Below are positions 1 to 16,735 of a DNA stretch of 64,000 bases, one piece after another (the first letter of the stretch is position 1; every line of letters starts with the position of its first letter). Below the pieces are notes generated by a model, which saw only the letters and a list, made by a program, of their open reading frames with translations, made no database searches and was not told the DNA's origin. The DNA comes from Azolla caroliniana (Eukaryota; Plantae; Polypodiophyta), in NCBI GenBank assembly GCA_043228905.1, contig JBHGNT010000005.1:2976001-3040000 (forward strand). The letters run 5' to 3'. The position numbers and the translations under genes are program-made.

Positions 1-2237
1 AAACCATTGCTTGGTTAAAAAGCCATTGTCTTAATGAAATCATGTGTGTGCTTTAAAGACAATATGCCCATTTATGTGCTCCATCATTTCACTAGCCATT
101 AAGGTACAATTGGGGTGATGATAAGGCGATGTTTTCTTGCTACTTATTTTCTAATTATGGAGTATTGCAAGAAAACAAGGCTCATGACCACATGGTGGAT
201 ATCTATGAAATATACATCGATTGCAGGTAATTATGGCAGTTAGTATATTGTGGGTTTGGAAGATGAAGCTATAAGGAAGATTAGTTGAATGTGCACCGGG
301 GTGAAAGGGGCTCACACAAAGATTATGCCCATTTTTCTTATGAAAATTGAGCTATGGTATAAACTAACTGCAGGATAAGACAGATAAGTGGAAGATTCAT
401 ATCAAAGATCACCATGTCAGGGACATTATTGTATGGATTGGCATAATGGGTTAATTACTTTGTTAAGAAGACATGATAATTTATTGTATTAATATAGAAA
501 ACACTATATTTCTAGAGTTAAATCCCCAAAGCTTAGTTTTTTCATTGTTTTGTTGTGGGTATAGGATTCATACTATATGGTATTTAACATTTATTTTGTT
601 TTTTGTTAGAAGTAAATCTTGGAGTGACTTTTGCTTGTTCAATATGAGTGACCGTAATATGACCTCAATCTAAACAAGTTATGGACAGCAGGCATGGATC
701 TCTAATTGTTAAAGACTCATGCAAGGCCGTCATAAGAATTACTTGTAGTTAGCATTCCTTCTATGGTTGTAGACTTGTAGTATCAGCATGAGTGCCAACT
801 TCCAACTATTTGAGCAATCAACCAAGTCAAGTAATATAAGCAATCTCTTGAATTTACTAAAACGTAAGCGTTTTGCTGAACTTGTAGATAGTAAAGTAAA
901 ACACAAGATATAGAAATCTAACAATATGTATGTACTTCAGCCCTTAATTTTTCCTATAGGTGGTTCCATTTTCTCACACCAACTGAATTTTGTAGTTTAG
1001 CCATTAGTTTTACCCTGATGGTTTCATTTTCGGATACCAAATGAGTTTTCTAATTTTCAACGAACTTTATAGAAATCCCAATTATATTGGAATGAAGTAT
1101 GTATGTAATAATGTATCTATTGCAATACATTCAATGGAGAGGAGGGAAATCATAGTAATAATCATGGAGCTCTTTACTCTTAGAAAATTCATTCCCATCT
1201 GAGTGTGTGTGATATGTATATATTTCCACGATCATTAACCCAGCCAGATCCTAGAAAAAAGGTATATTTGTCTTAGCTTAATAGAAGTAATTTCAGGAAG
1301 TCTCGAAATGGATAATAGTGTTTTTCTACGCATGTTCGGATTGCAGGTCCTGCACCGCTGTTTAGGGTTAAGAGTTTGGGTTTTATGACTGAAGGTTTTA
1401 TGCAGAGTGACTGAAAGGGACACGGAACACTCTCTCAGAGGAAGAAAGGTGGGCTCTTTTTCTTTGAGATCTCGTATATTGACCTAATTACTTATAGAGA
1501 GGAGGGAATTGCAGAAGGTTTTGTGGATCGCTGTCTTGCGCACAAATGTAAAAAGCTTGAAAATGTTTGAAAATGGCTTTTCTTCTATGATCCTGTGGTT
1601 TTCTTTCTTTCTTAGTTCGGAAACTCATCATTCCCTCCCCATGTATTCTGTTTCTCAATAAGTTAACGTAGAAGAAGATAATTTATTCTCCTTTATGGTT
1701 CTCATCCATATTAGTAATTACATGCATCAACCCTCGGAGAACACCCTATATACAGAGCTTATAGACATATTCTTACCCCTTTTGTATGCATACACGGAAT
1801 CTATAGCTCGTGTATTTGTAGCCCCTTATCTGAATCATACAAATTTAGTCAGTTTTTTTTATATTTATGTACTTGAAGACTTGTCTGAGTAGGTTTCCAA
1901 ATCCACAAATCTCGTCTTTATACAAAACCCCAACTGTTCTTTTTCACACTTTTCGTAAAATTGCGTACAAATTTGTAATGTAGAGATTTTCCTAATCTAG
2001 TATGGCATTTCTAAGCAATTGAAGACATTCCTAAGTAGGGTTGCAACACCAGAATTATTCCCTTGATAAAAACGTTCCAAATATTGTTTCAGATTTTTAG
2101 TAAGATTTTCATACAATGTAGGTTACTTTGAACCTGCCATTACCCCATCTCAAAACTGTGATAAAGTGGTGGTCATTAGAAGCCCTTTTCTGTCCATAAT
2201 TATAGGGGTTTTGATACAGGAGGAAAACACACTTGCT

Positions 2238-4816
2238 ATGGCAGTGGAGGAGGATTTGAGCAGCCAAAGCAGCATTTACAAGGTCTCGCGGAGGATTAAA
2301 AAGAAGGATCAGCAGTCACTCTACAATTCCTTGCGCTCCATTTATGAGGATGCCAAGTTTGTGGGTGAGATTCGGGAACTTTGGCCGCATCTTCCTCTCC
2401 TCGCAAATCTCCGATGTGGCCTCTGGTACTCACCCTCCTTCCACCCCATGCCATGCTACTTCAAGTCCACTGACGGTCATGCCGCCAACTGCTCCTTCAA
2501 CCCCACCCGCCTCAACCTCCATGTTGCCCTCTTGGCAGGTACATTAATTGTATTATAATTGTGTTCTGTATTTTGCATTATTTCCTGTGATAGAGAATGA
2601 GAGAAAAGGGGATGAACTAAGCGCATAATTGTTCAATATATTTGCTCTTTCTTGGATAGACCGGGGCAGGTTGAGAAATAAAGAAAACCTTAGTGTTTTT
2701 TTTGATATTATATGCTTTGATCTAATGTTTTTCCACCTCCCCTGTTATCTATTATTACATGGAAATGCAATGCCCTTCATCTGATCATTCTTGCAGCTCA
2801 GAGAGGTGGCTGCTTCATTGTTGATGCGACGAGGCAAGGAAAGCGCTTCCCAGATAGCTTCTCCAAGACAATCCCCATTTGGTCTTGTGTTCTGAACCGT
2901 GCTGTGAATGAGTATAGGAAATCTCATGATAATGTGGATGGGGATATGACGGGTTGCAGTGAAACTCCTGAAGCAAACCGAAGAAGCTGGGATTGCTCAC
3001 TTCATCTTCCGCTGTGGGTTTCAGAGAATGAGAAAGAGAACATTGAAAAAAAGATAGACACATGGGTTGGTATCCTACATGCAGCTAATGCAGACATAGC
3101 GTCTTTATCTAAGGAATTGAAGAAACCTCTCCAACCATTATGGATATCCCAGAAAAGTGTAATTTGGTTGAATGAAGTTCCGGATGCAGCATCCTGGCCT
3201 TTCACACCCCTCATTCTTGTATCTGCTTCACAACCTTCTGCACACATACAACGGATGACTGATGGAGAATGTGGATGGAGTTATATCCCTGGTGCAGCAG
3301 ATGATGAGGAGAGTTGGGCTCGAGGATTGACGCCACCATTGTTTTGGAAGCATGCTGTCAATCTCATCCAGAGTTCACCTGATGAGTGTAACAGGATGGT
3401 AGCAGAGATTGTTGAGCGGGATCGCGTGTCAAGAGCATATCAGGGAATTGAAACAAGCCAGGTCAGAATAAGACCTGCAAAGGAAAATTGGAGCAAGTCT
3501 CGACAAGACATTGTGCATACAGATATGGTTGAAATTCTAAATGGGAGGATTGAGAGCGCACAAGTTGATCAAAAGCTAGGCTTCTATTGGATTGGTGACA
3601 CGAAACTCGCAGTCGGGAATGCCCTTTCTGGTATGTTTTATAATAAAGCTATATGCTTTTATTATGATTTTTGCAGAACATCAGTGCTGTGAAATTTTTG
3701 AATATGGATGTAGGTCAGTCCGAAAGCGTAGTGGGGCTATTTGATTGTGTTATAAACTGTGGTGTAGAGTTAGGCAAGCCAGTGTGCTCTCAGCCAAATG
3801 CATATCTCTGTCTTCCACTGGTGGTATGTATGTTGTATGTACACGTGTATCAGTTATATTGTGTATCTATCATAGCAAGATTATATATTAGTAAATTGCT
3901 CACCTGATGTTATAGGCATTAAACATTATTATAGTGGAATGTACCAGTTTGTTCATTATTGTAGATGGTAGAAGATCCAACAGAGTTTATGTCTAGAAAC
4001 CCTCTTCACCCACACCATATGATGAGGAAAAGCTCCGCAATACCTTGTGTTCTCTTTATTTCCCCAATGACCCTGTCTCTTAACAATTATATGGTCAATT
4101 TATACCCTATTTATTCAAATTATATGTGCTATTTGAGCAGTTATACGGTCAATTTGTTCCTTTTTCTCATTTACACATGCTATTTCATCCGTTGTATGGT
4201 GAATTCACCTCATTTCTCTGTTGACCAAGGGCATTGGGAAAGTAAAGAAATCATCGGTACTTCAGATCTTTTCCCTATTGTAAGAGCTTTGGTTTTTTGC
4301 AGGATTGTAAGCATGACCGCTTCTCCCTGCAGAATCATTTGCTCTTTGTTGTTGCATATGCAAGGGAAAAGCTTAAACAACATGATGCAATACTCATTGT
4401 ATGTGCAAATGGTATGTATGTATGTACATATATGGCTTTTACAGAAGGTTTGGTTTTATAATTGCAATCTAGAATGACCAGGCCTTTTTCTGTCTTTCAG
4501 GAGAGGACTTGAGCATTTGCATTTGCTTAGTAATTTTGCTTTCACTCTTCAATGAAGAAGGTTATGATAAATGATGTGTTAATCATGCTAAATTTCCCTA
4601 GCATTGACTTAAATGAATGGAGCATTTATCATTTTCTTGGAATTCACAGGTGTCTTTGATGATGGTTTGACATTTGGAAAGAGTAGCATATCGAAATGGG
4701 ATGTTCGCCAACGACTTGTTTACCTTTGTAGATTTGCTCCCAATGCAAGGCCCTCTCGAGGGAATTTACGCCAGATTTATAATTTCTTGTTGGGAGCGCA
4801 AGTGCAAACGAAGTAA
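2238..4816 (+). CDS. RIT1: Initiator tRNA phosphoribosyl transferase (tRNA A64 2'-O-ribosylphosphate transferase, Rit1 family). About 6 exons: 2238-2538, 2797-3630, 3714-3823, 4303-4411, 4501-4560, 4650-4816
   Basis: Rit1 motifs SLYNSLRSIYED, ANLRCGLWY, YFKSTDGH, RLNLH, VDATRRGKRFPDSFSKTIPIW, YIPGAADDEESWARGL. C-terminal GEDLSICI and ARPSRGNLRQIYNFL. GT-AG junctions keep the frame. Confidence 0.9.
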
Positions 4817-7007
4817 AAACAGTGTAATCCAAACATACAAACTCGTAACCATGCTATAATTGAGAAAAGCAGCAATCTAATCTAGTGCATCGATTATGGA
4901 TAGTTATCTCGATAGAAACTACTTTCCTTTGTGTAGTTGTAATAGAGGGTCTTCCCTGTAGTGCTATACGTTTAGCGGTCAGCATGTTTTCCATGTACTT
5001 TCTCTCCTTGTATATGTAATTCACACTAATTTTGTTATCAGTATGTCTTTTTTGGGGCAAATTTTTATAGGCGCTTGTGAAATCCTGTCAAACTTTGACA
5101 ACATTCTTGAGCAGGCTTCAATGCTTGAATAACATATTTGTTTTCTCCGGACATGTCATATGGTATTCAAAAGACAATCTGTCCAACTATCCCAAAGGTT
5201 GAACTGCAAGAGAATAGGAATGTTTCAATCTGTGCTATCATCATAAGATATGATACTAATGTAGTCACTCCATTAAAAGAAAGTGTCACTTTATTCTAAC
5301 AATGAAATATTGTATAGGATTTAGTGAACAAAACGTTATGAATATGTTAAAGTTGAATGTCCTATGTCGTCACTAATTATCCATTGCTCAATTGCATAAG
5401 AAATGTCCGACCCAAAAAACTTGTTTCTTGTTTGAAGGCACATTGCAATCTTCTTTAACACATTTTGCAATGTACTTCTATATTTTATTGTCTATAAGAC
5501 ATTATTTAAAGAATGTGAACATGCACATCTTGGAAGAAACACAATTCACAATCATAAAAGAGCAACAATATTATAAATGAAAGAATTAGTGAGTCAATAC
5601 CATGCACTATGGAATTTACACATAATACACATTTTTGATATTTTTGAAATGAAACTAGTTGAGGTGGAGTAATTCACTTGTCCACTATCAACACCAAGAA
5701 GAGAAGAAGAATCAACAAAAGACTTCACAATCGTATATTTGTTGAATTCAAAATGAATATGACCATGAAATCATTTGGATGGCATATAGTTTTCATATGG
5801 ATACTAGATAATCATTGCTGAATGGTGTGAGTGATCTAAATTGACTATAACCCCATGATTGATGTATGTCACATATTGTTTGAATCAATAGAAAATATTA
5901 GTGAGTTCAAATTGATGGCCAATTGCGTTAACTCAATTGGTGATATTAAACCTCCTAATACATTTACATGGAAAAATAAAAACCTTCTTACCAATGACAA
6001 TGTTGATGAGATTCTTGTACCTCTTGTTGATCAAAACAACAATGTAAAAAAACACAAATTGAAGAAAGGCCAACTAATTTTTAAACACAATTTGATATAG
6101 ATCTAGCTTATAATGGAATTTGTCGCTCTTTGATTGCAAAAAGAAGCAACAACAAATGAAAATGTAGAATCAAGTCATTTTTCTATCCAATTACAAATAG
6201 GCAATGTAAAAGTTATTTTGTCATAAAAGAGGTCATGTTTGATAAGTCATCTTTGGCATGAAGACCAATCAGAATAAGCATAACATCAGTTGGATCTTGC
6301 CACATGATCATCTTAGGCATCAAAAACCATTGAAGGAAATTTTGGTGCTATATGTGACCAATATGGTCAAAGAGTAAACTACCAAGACAATGGTTGATGA
6401 GCAAACCACAATACATTACCACTGAAGTTGAAAAGCCAATGGGAACCACTAAGTAAGGTTTTCGAGCCATCCCTAATCTAGGATCACTAATGTTGAAAAG
6501 CATATGGCGACCCCTAAGATTGAAAAAGCAAGCCATAATCACCGAGTTAAAAAACCTAGGGGGGTAGCGCAAGACAGACGCCTTGTAACCCCAACTCGAG
6601 AAACCAAACAAGAACTCATGGCTTACCCCACCAAAGCTCATGCTCGATAGGCAACATTTAGAACCAACTAAGAAGAGAAAAACCGATATCTCGTGAATCT
6701 TGTCACGATAATGCCACATAAAGATGGGTCATCGACGACATCTAGTCCGAGCTGATGTTTCCTCCACTTGAGTGAGTCAAGAGAGATTGTTGCTTTCCAA
6801 TTGATCGATAAAGTATGCATGTATCGCTCATTTTACAAGAAGGAAGCTCGGTCCACTTGTTTTCTCACGTCTACATATATATACATACATACATACATAT
6901 ATATATTATATTTCTGTAGATTTGTTTCGTTGTGTATGCCAACCGTACGGAATGCAGAGGTAGAGGGGAGATCTTCTCTTTAAAATGAATGGAGAGGGAG
7001 AGTGTTG

Positions 7008-9191
7008 ATGGGCACTCTACTTTCATTGAGTTTCCTGTGGTTTCTTAGAGTTAACATTAGGTCAATCAATAGTAGTGCTCTTTACCCTGCCCTCAATGAG
7101 TGCATAATCAAGAAAAACCTTACAAAGGGCAGAGTATTGCATGCTTTGATAACAGAGCATGGATTGGAAACACATACTTTCTGGGGAAGTCATTTAGTTA
7201 GGATGTATGCTTCTTGTGAGAGACTGCTTGAGGTAGACCTTGTGTTTGAAAGATTGCCTCAAAAGAATGTATTCACATGGGGTATCTCAATCCTTGCACA
7301 TGCTAGAGTAGGCGAAGCTAACAAGTCCATAGAGCTTTACGATTTGATGAAAACTTCACATGTTCATCCCAATCAATGTGTGTATGTGGCAGTCATCAAA
7401 GCTTGTGCCATTGCAAGATCCTTGTGTGATGGTATGGTAATCCATTCGAGAATTATCGAAGATGGGCTAGTGGAGGATTTGCACATTGCAAGTGCTTTGA
7501 TTGGAATGTATTCCAAATGTGGGAAGCTTTGTGAATCAGAGAATATCCTAGTGCTCTGTCCGTCAAAAAATGTCGTTATGTGGAATTCAATGCTTGCAGC
7601 ATGTGCTGAACATGGCCATGGTAACAAAGCAATTCGGGTTTTCTTCAGAATGATACGGGATGGTACGCGAGCTGATCAAGTCACATACTTGAACCTTCTC
7701 AAAGCGTGCTCAGTGTCAAATACTCTGTTATATGTAAAAAGGGAGGTTCATGCCAAGATTGTTGCAGATGGTTTCGATACTGATGTTTTTATTGGTAGCA
7801 CTCTTATTGATATGTATTGTAGGTCCACAAACAATATTGAAGATGCATGGGTAGTGTTTTATTTTTTGACTTCAAGGACAGTTGTCACATGGAATGCTAT
7901 GATGAGAGGCCTTGTTCAAAATGGGTTTTCTCAAGAGGTCTTTCGGCTTTTTCAGCAATTGATCCACATTGGTATCCAACCTGATAGTGATACATACACT
8001 AGTGTTATCAAAGCATGTGCTAATAATCCATTCTCATCGGATCAAGGGAGATTCGTTCACACAGTTATTGATTGGACTATTTGGGGATTGGATCCTTTCA
8101 TCATCAGTGCTCTTATAAGCATGTATGTCATATGTGGACAGATAGAGTTAGCAAATAGGTTGTTTGAGGAATTCTCAGTAAGGAACATTGTTATCTGGAA
8201 TGCATTGATGTCAGCATATATCCAACAGGGAGACATATGGAAGGTGTTTGACCTCTTTCAACAAATGTTGCTGGAAGGTGTTGAACCAGATAGGGTTACC
8301 TTTCTAAATGTGCTAAAGGTATGTTCCATCTTTGGTGACTTAAGCATAGGACATCTTCTACATTCTCTTGTTCTACAGCTTGGATTGATGAAAGACATCT
8401 TCATTGGAAGCGTCCTTGTTGAAATGTATTGCAGTTTGGGGTGTCCTGATTATGCATATCAAGTGCTCAAGGTGTTGCCAACAAGGAACAATGTGACATG
8501 GAACACAATGATTTCCGGATATGCTGAGCATGGAGACTTTAGGATGGCTTTCCATGTCTTCCAAGCAATGTATGGGGATGGTGTACAAGCCGATAATATC
8601 ACATATTCTAGCATTTTAAAAGCTTGTGTTGGTGCCACTTTCCTTGGGCAAGGTAGGTTGATTCATTTTCTTGCTGCTTCAAGTAGCGGGGACCAAGATT
8701 GGGTTGTCTGTCATAGTCTCATCCACATGTATACTGAATCTGGGAGCTTCTTGGATGCCAACAAAGTGTTCGAAAGCTTGAGTGAGAAGAACATAGTTGC
8801 ATGCAACAGCATGATTTCAGGATATGCTCGATATGGAGATTATTCCATGGCAGTTCAGTTCTTCCAACGGATAATATCAGAGGGTATCAAACCAGATGAC
8901 ATGACATTTTTTGGTCTCTTGTCAGCTTGCAGCCATGCGGTTCGGGTCCAAGAAGCATGTATTCATATCAATGCTATGGTAGAAAACCATGGCATAAAAC
9001 CCTCTTGTGGCCACCTCTACAGTGTGGCTGATCTCTTGGCCCGGATGGGCTGCTTGAACGAAGCAGAAACAATCGTCCGGACAATACCAATTGTTGAGCA
9101 TCTTCATGTTGGATGTTTGTCTTTAATCGGCCATAGTGGAAAGTATGGTCATATCGATCAAGCGAGACGATTCTTTAATTATGTACTGTGA
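7008..9191 (+). CDS. Intronless PLS-class pentatricopeptide repeat protein (organellar RNA-binding or editing-factor type) ending in an E-like region, no DYW domain
   Basis: ORF of about 730 aa with repeated P-L-S triplets (NVVMWNSMLAAC, VTYLNLLKAC, IGSTLIDMY, TFFGLLSACSHA). First in-frame ATG is at 7008; the ORF track starts at GTG 7002. Confidence 0.9.
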   Translation: MGTLLSLSFLWFLRVNIRSINSSALYPALNECIIKKNLTKGRVLHALITEHGLETHTFWGSHLVRMYASCERLLEVDLVFERLPQKNVFTWGISILAHARVGEANKSIELYDLMKTSHVHPNQCVYVAVIKACAIARSLCDGMVIHSRIIEDGLVEDLHIASALIGMYSKCGKLCESENILVLCPSKNVVMWNSMLAACAEHGHGNKAIRVFFRMIRDGTRADQVTYLNLLKACSVSNTLLYVKREVHAKIVADGFDTDVFIGSTLIDMYCRSTNNIEDAWVVFYFLTSRTVVTWNAMMRGLVQNGFSQEVFRLFQQLIHIGIQPDSDTYTSVIKACANNPFSSDQGRFVHTVIDWTIWGLDPFIISALISMYVICGQIELANRLFEEFSVRNIVIWNALMSAYIQQGDIWKVFDLFQQMLLEGVEPDRVTFLNVLKVCSIFGDLSIGHLLHSLVLQLGLMKDIFIGSVLVEMYCSLGCPDYAYQVLKVLPTRNNVTWNTMISGYAEHGDFRMAFHVFQAMYGDGVQADNITYSSILKACVGATFLGQGRLIHFLAASSSGDQDWVVCHSLIHMYTESGSFLDANKVFESLSEKNIVACNSMISGYARYGDYSMAVQFFQRIISEGIKPDDMTFFGLLSACSHAVRVQEACIHINAMVENHGIKPSCGHLYSVADLLARMGCLNEAETIVRTIPIVEHLHVGCLSLIGHSGKYGHIDQARRFFNYVL

Positions 9192-11907
9192 TGATTAATT
9201 CCGAAGATGATGTATCGGAGTCAACGAAAAGATGCGTGTACTCAAAAGGCAATTCAAATGATGCATCATACATCAAAACCTATAGGTCTTTAGGTTGATG
9301 AGTGGAGTGTCGATGCGTCGATGTATGTATATATCAATAGCACCCATGTTCACACAGATGTCGGTATGAGATTGTGTCCTCTATTGTCCTATGACATTGA
9401 ATAGAGGCACCTGCATGAGGTGAGTAAAATCCATGAGCTAACCAATAGCACCCTTGTGCACTAGACATCCATATGTGATGTGTCCTCGTATGCCTTATCA
9501 CATTTTGCATCGAACATTTGCAAGAGGTGAGTAAAAACTGTGCACATTCCGTGAACAAGAGTGGTGGATGGTGGCATCAACCTTCAGGTATGATAAAAAT
9601 CAAGTTTTGCTATGTTGATGCATATGCTTTACACCATTTACTTTGTCATTATCGAGGGCGAAAAGGAAACAAGGGATCCCATGGCTCCATTCAGTTTCTA
9701 AAATTAAGAAATTTTCATTCTTGTGGAGATTATAACGACTGTTTTTACAGGATCCTCATAATGATGGTTTATATGTAGCTGTTGTACCCCAAATATTTGC
9801 AAATAGCTCATAATTCTCAGAAAGTCTTTGGGTAAACATTGTATCAAAGACATAAATATTAAGCTTTTCGGGTTAAGGCATGACCCATGGGTCATACTTT
9901 TATACCCAATTTTCTTAGAGATGACAAAACCCATCGGACTCCATGATTGATATTGGTTAGACACACTCTTCAAGGAACGATATAGTACCATATAGCATTA
10001 CTTCATGAATAATGGATTCATAAATGACACCATAGTCTATGTTTTCTTTTGACAACTCAACATTAAAGCGTCTTAATAAAACATAATCACATAATGAAAC
10101 TTTCTTTTAGTGAATATCATTTCTTATCCTTCTCATAAACTTGGGAAAACTTAATCTTCATCATCTCTATAATCACATACATTTAAGATAAAACAATCAA
10201 ATAAAAAAAATTGTATAATATGTAAGGTTTGTTATTTTTTATGATTAACTTGCTTTGTGTTTCTTGAATGAAATGTTTCACATATCAAAAGACAAAATGC
10301 TATAATGATGTAAGATGGCTCTTAAACAAGAAATAATTAGAAGTGATGAGTTTTCTACTTCTATTGTGTGAAGTGACTTATATAGAGTAATGATGAAACC
10401 AAAATATAAGTCAGGTGAAGAGGACTTAGCTTAAACTACCTTCCCATGGGACTAAACATTGGTTATGTAGATAAAGGGAGATGCATAAATATGTTGGGGT
10501 TGAAAAGTGATATTCTCAAACAAGAAGCTTGAAAAGATGGTGCACCATTTTGCTTTGCTTGTAATATCTGTCAAAGATCTGACAATTCTCTCAATAAAGG
10601 GAAGCAGATAACATGTTCGTGCTACTAAATGCCCTTAGTTTGAAAATAATCGCAGGCATGTGTATTCGTATATCAAGAATAATTCTATGTCCTTTTTTCT
10701 TATTATGATAGAGACTCGACATACATCTTTATTGGGAGAATATGACACAATACGGTCATTTTCTCCCAATAAATATGACCCTAGAGGTTCATGAAAAGCA
10801 CTAGAGGTCGATGATGCGCAGAGGCCCCATGCTTGAAGGGAGAGCACATACACTCTCTTTTTTTCCACTTGCATGCTTGTTTAACATACAAAGGTCCTTC
10901 AAAGACATCCGCACGATTGTAACAAACTTTAAACAACCCAATAAAATTGTCAAGTTGTCAATAAAAAAAGCTACTAATAATCCCTCTAACAATGATTTCT
11001 CCCTTGTGTGATATGAAAAGAACCTTACCAAATGATAAAGTTTGTCAATTTCATGGTCATTCATACCCAACACAAAACAAAGAACAACACATTAGTGGTT
11101 AACATATTTGGCCTTGATTCACTAACAATTAAATCTTAATTAGGAAAGTTATTGATGCTCTATTTATGCTTTGTGTCACAACATATGATGTGATACAACA
11201 CATCAATTTCATGGGGACACACACATTGGGCCTTACTACTATGAACTATATTATGGGAGGCTATTTGGCCTACTCTCATAATCAACCATTTAATATAGTC
11301 ATTTGTATGTTCGTAAGAAATGTTTGCTGCAAGTATTGATTGTTATTCTAGGATGTTATATTTGGAGCATGTATTAAGATTGTTGCTCCTAAGATGTTAA
11401 TTTGTTCAAACATTCGAGACACATTCTCAAGGTCATAGCCCTTGATGCACACATTGACATGGCCTAGGTCATAACTAGAGCATTGGGGCATGAGAGGTAG
11501 CTCATCCAATATACACTTGCTAGCACGCCTATGGTTGTCGAGGTCAAAATCTACTTAACTTGTCCCTATACATAGCAATTGAATGTTGAGCATCTTTCTG
11601 TCTCTATATTCACACAGTTCTATGATACAAGGTTAATCCCCTTTCATCCCCTAGTGTGCTAGTTGGACTTGGTATTGTGTGCGACAACACTAAAACCTTA
11701 GTGGTCCTAGAAGGCTACCCTTGTCTTGACAAACGTGCACGTGCTAAAATAACGAGATTGATAATGAAAGGCAATCAATCACTGATAACCCTAGAGTTGG
11801 GACTCAGGAGCCATGTTATGAGAACGTGGAAAGTCATGGAAAAGGGGAAATTGGTCTTTGTTTTTCGAGTACACACATTGGAAACTCGGGGAGTTCGACG
11901 TGTTGGG

Positions 11908-11910
<3 letters not shown>

Positions 11911-11954
<44 letters not shown>
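11911..11954. repeat. (GA)n microsatellite
   Basis: Continuous GA run seen directly. Confidence 0.95.
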
Positions 11955-11957
<3 letters not shown>

Positions 11958-12206
11958 CCAAATGACCACCTACATTCCACAGTGGCATTGTATGGAGTAA
12001 CTGAGAGGTGAGTAGAGTTGGGTTTCGAACCCAAGACATGGTATGGTGGCTTGTAGTGTAACAACTTACCAATAGAGTAAGCTAATTACGATAACAAAGA
12101 AAAAGAGAGAGGTTCCAACCAGGCTGGCTTACAAGAAGAAAAGAAGAAGAAAGACATGTTATTTATTTATTTTTATGCGCACAAGAGATGGAGATGGGTC
12201 ATACAG

Positions 12207-12231
12207 ATACATACATACATACATACATACA

Positions 12232-12262
<31 letters not shown>

Positions 12263-12371
12263 GTATTTCCTTTTTGTTCCCAAAAGGAAAAGCGTGAATA
12301 ACAAACAAGGGAGACAGACAGAGAGGGAGATTTCGTTTTTTCTCTATACATACATACATACATACATACAT
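12207..12371. repeat. Two (TACA)n microsatellites upstream of the beta-amylase ATG
   Basis: Runs at about 12207-12260 and 12345-12371. Confidence 0.9.
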
Positions 12372-12507
12372 ATGTATCTATCTAATATCTATGAATCTTT
12401 GGATATCGCAGAGGCTCCCTGCAGGTGCCAATTATCGTCTCTGTTTCCAAGTCTTCTTCTTCTTCATCATCACCATCCTGAAACTTTCTCAACGGACATA
12501 GATAGCT

Positions 12508-15133
<2,626 letters not shown>

Positions 15134-16735
15134 CATAATGTTTTATTATTTATATAAGGGTCTAGTGGTAACCTTCTACTTTTGGCTGGATAGTCAACCA
15201 AAAACTTCAAATGCATGGTTATCATCAAACAAGAATGCAAATGCCAAATTTGAACTAAAATGTTTTCCCTTCAGCTATATAAGTGAAGGTAAAACGAATG
15301 CACAATATATATATATATATTCTCAAGGCCGAAGAGCCTATACATCATATACACTACAAATATATGTACGTCAGCAACATTCAAATTATTTTTCTTTTTC
15401 TACATTTCTCGCTTGTAGGATAAGATAATGTGTGTATAATTGTTAAGCTTTTTTCTTTAGTTTTTGTTATTTTTGTATTCCTCTCCATGTTTATATTTGG
15501 TAGGGGTTGAACTCTGCAATGAACCTTAATTAGCATAATATACCCTATATCATGGTCTTGTCCCATCACATTAGTTGGTGCCTCAAATAAATCATATTAT
15601 TAGTGGTGTCGATGATTCATACATCCAAAATTGAAACTAGCTTTTAAACTTCACAAGTGAGATCAAGTTAAAGTACTTTGGGAGCAAACCCTTGTAGGCC
15701 CTATTGAGTTCATTGAAGCTATTGGATAGATCATCTTTGGATAGTCGAACATTAAGCAAGAGAATCATATAGAGAAATTTGCAATGAATCTTTGTCTTGA
15801 TATATAAATGCATACTTTTAACATATTGAGATTACATGGAGGTTTCATAGAAAAGCAATGCCTCATTAATATAGGAGATCCATGGTCCACTTTCATGGAA
15901 GTTAGCATTCTTATGGTTGTAGCCATGCCAATTTTCATAAAAATCCATGTATTTTGTTTAGGAATATTAATGGGTCATTATGAAGAATTGTATCAAGAAC
16001 TTTACAACAGTTAAACAACTCTAAACTTGCCAAACTTTGTGCTATCTAAAAATATGGTAGTTTATAAGTTTAGATTATGTGCTAATTATACCTTATAAAA
16101 TATACTAGTTATCCTAGGTTTTCCATGATTGGAAGTGTAATTACAATTGTTTCAAGTGTTTATGTTGCAGCCTTGAATTGGAGCAAAATGATGGCGCGAA
16201 CAAAAGTTGGTAAGTTTATGGGTGGGAATGTTGCTTATTTGTTCTTAATATATCCCAAAGCTAGGCCACGAGTTTGCCAACCCACAAACAAACATCAAAT
16301 AGCTTGTTTTTCTTTCTCTAAACACGTAGAAACATTTGAGGTTGTTGGAATGTATGCTATATGCATGTGGACATGTGAATTCATTCTCATGGTAGTGAGG
16401 GGCATGGAAGCAATTTCCAAAGAATAGCATAACAAAATTTGTATGAAGTTATAACCTTCTATAATTTTAGTTGGGCAAGCTTAGAACCTTTTTAAATCGT
16501 TAGAAAATAGACTCAACATTTATCGAATATTCAACAAACTTCAACATTTACCTCTTGCATCTTAGTGACATTGATTTTTCACTATGTCGACATTCATAAT
16601 GTGACAAAGTAACGTCTCTTTTACCTTCTCGATAGACCTACCTCTACTTTAGATACTTTCATGTGGTTAGGACGTCATACATCTAATTTTCCCTTCTCCC
16701 CATATGTGAAAAAGACCCATAGTAGGAAACCTCGT

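Noticed and set aside
100-930. Possible decayed hAT transposase C-terminus (WW-containing stretch)
   Set aside because: Too degenerate to support by eye; it needs a translated HMM search.
3965-4477. 170-aa ORF inside RIT1
   Set aside because: It is mostly intron, and the real exon 4303-4411 is in another frame.
11440-12080. LTR-like segments here and at about 6300-6770 and 21150-21520
   Set aside because: The composition suggests TE relics, but I could not define paired termini, TSDs or coding motifs.
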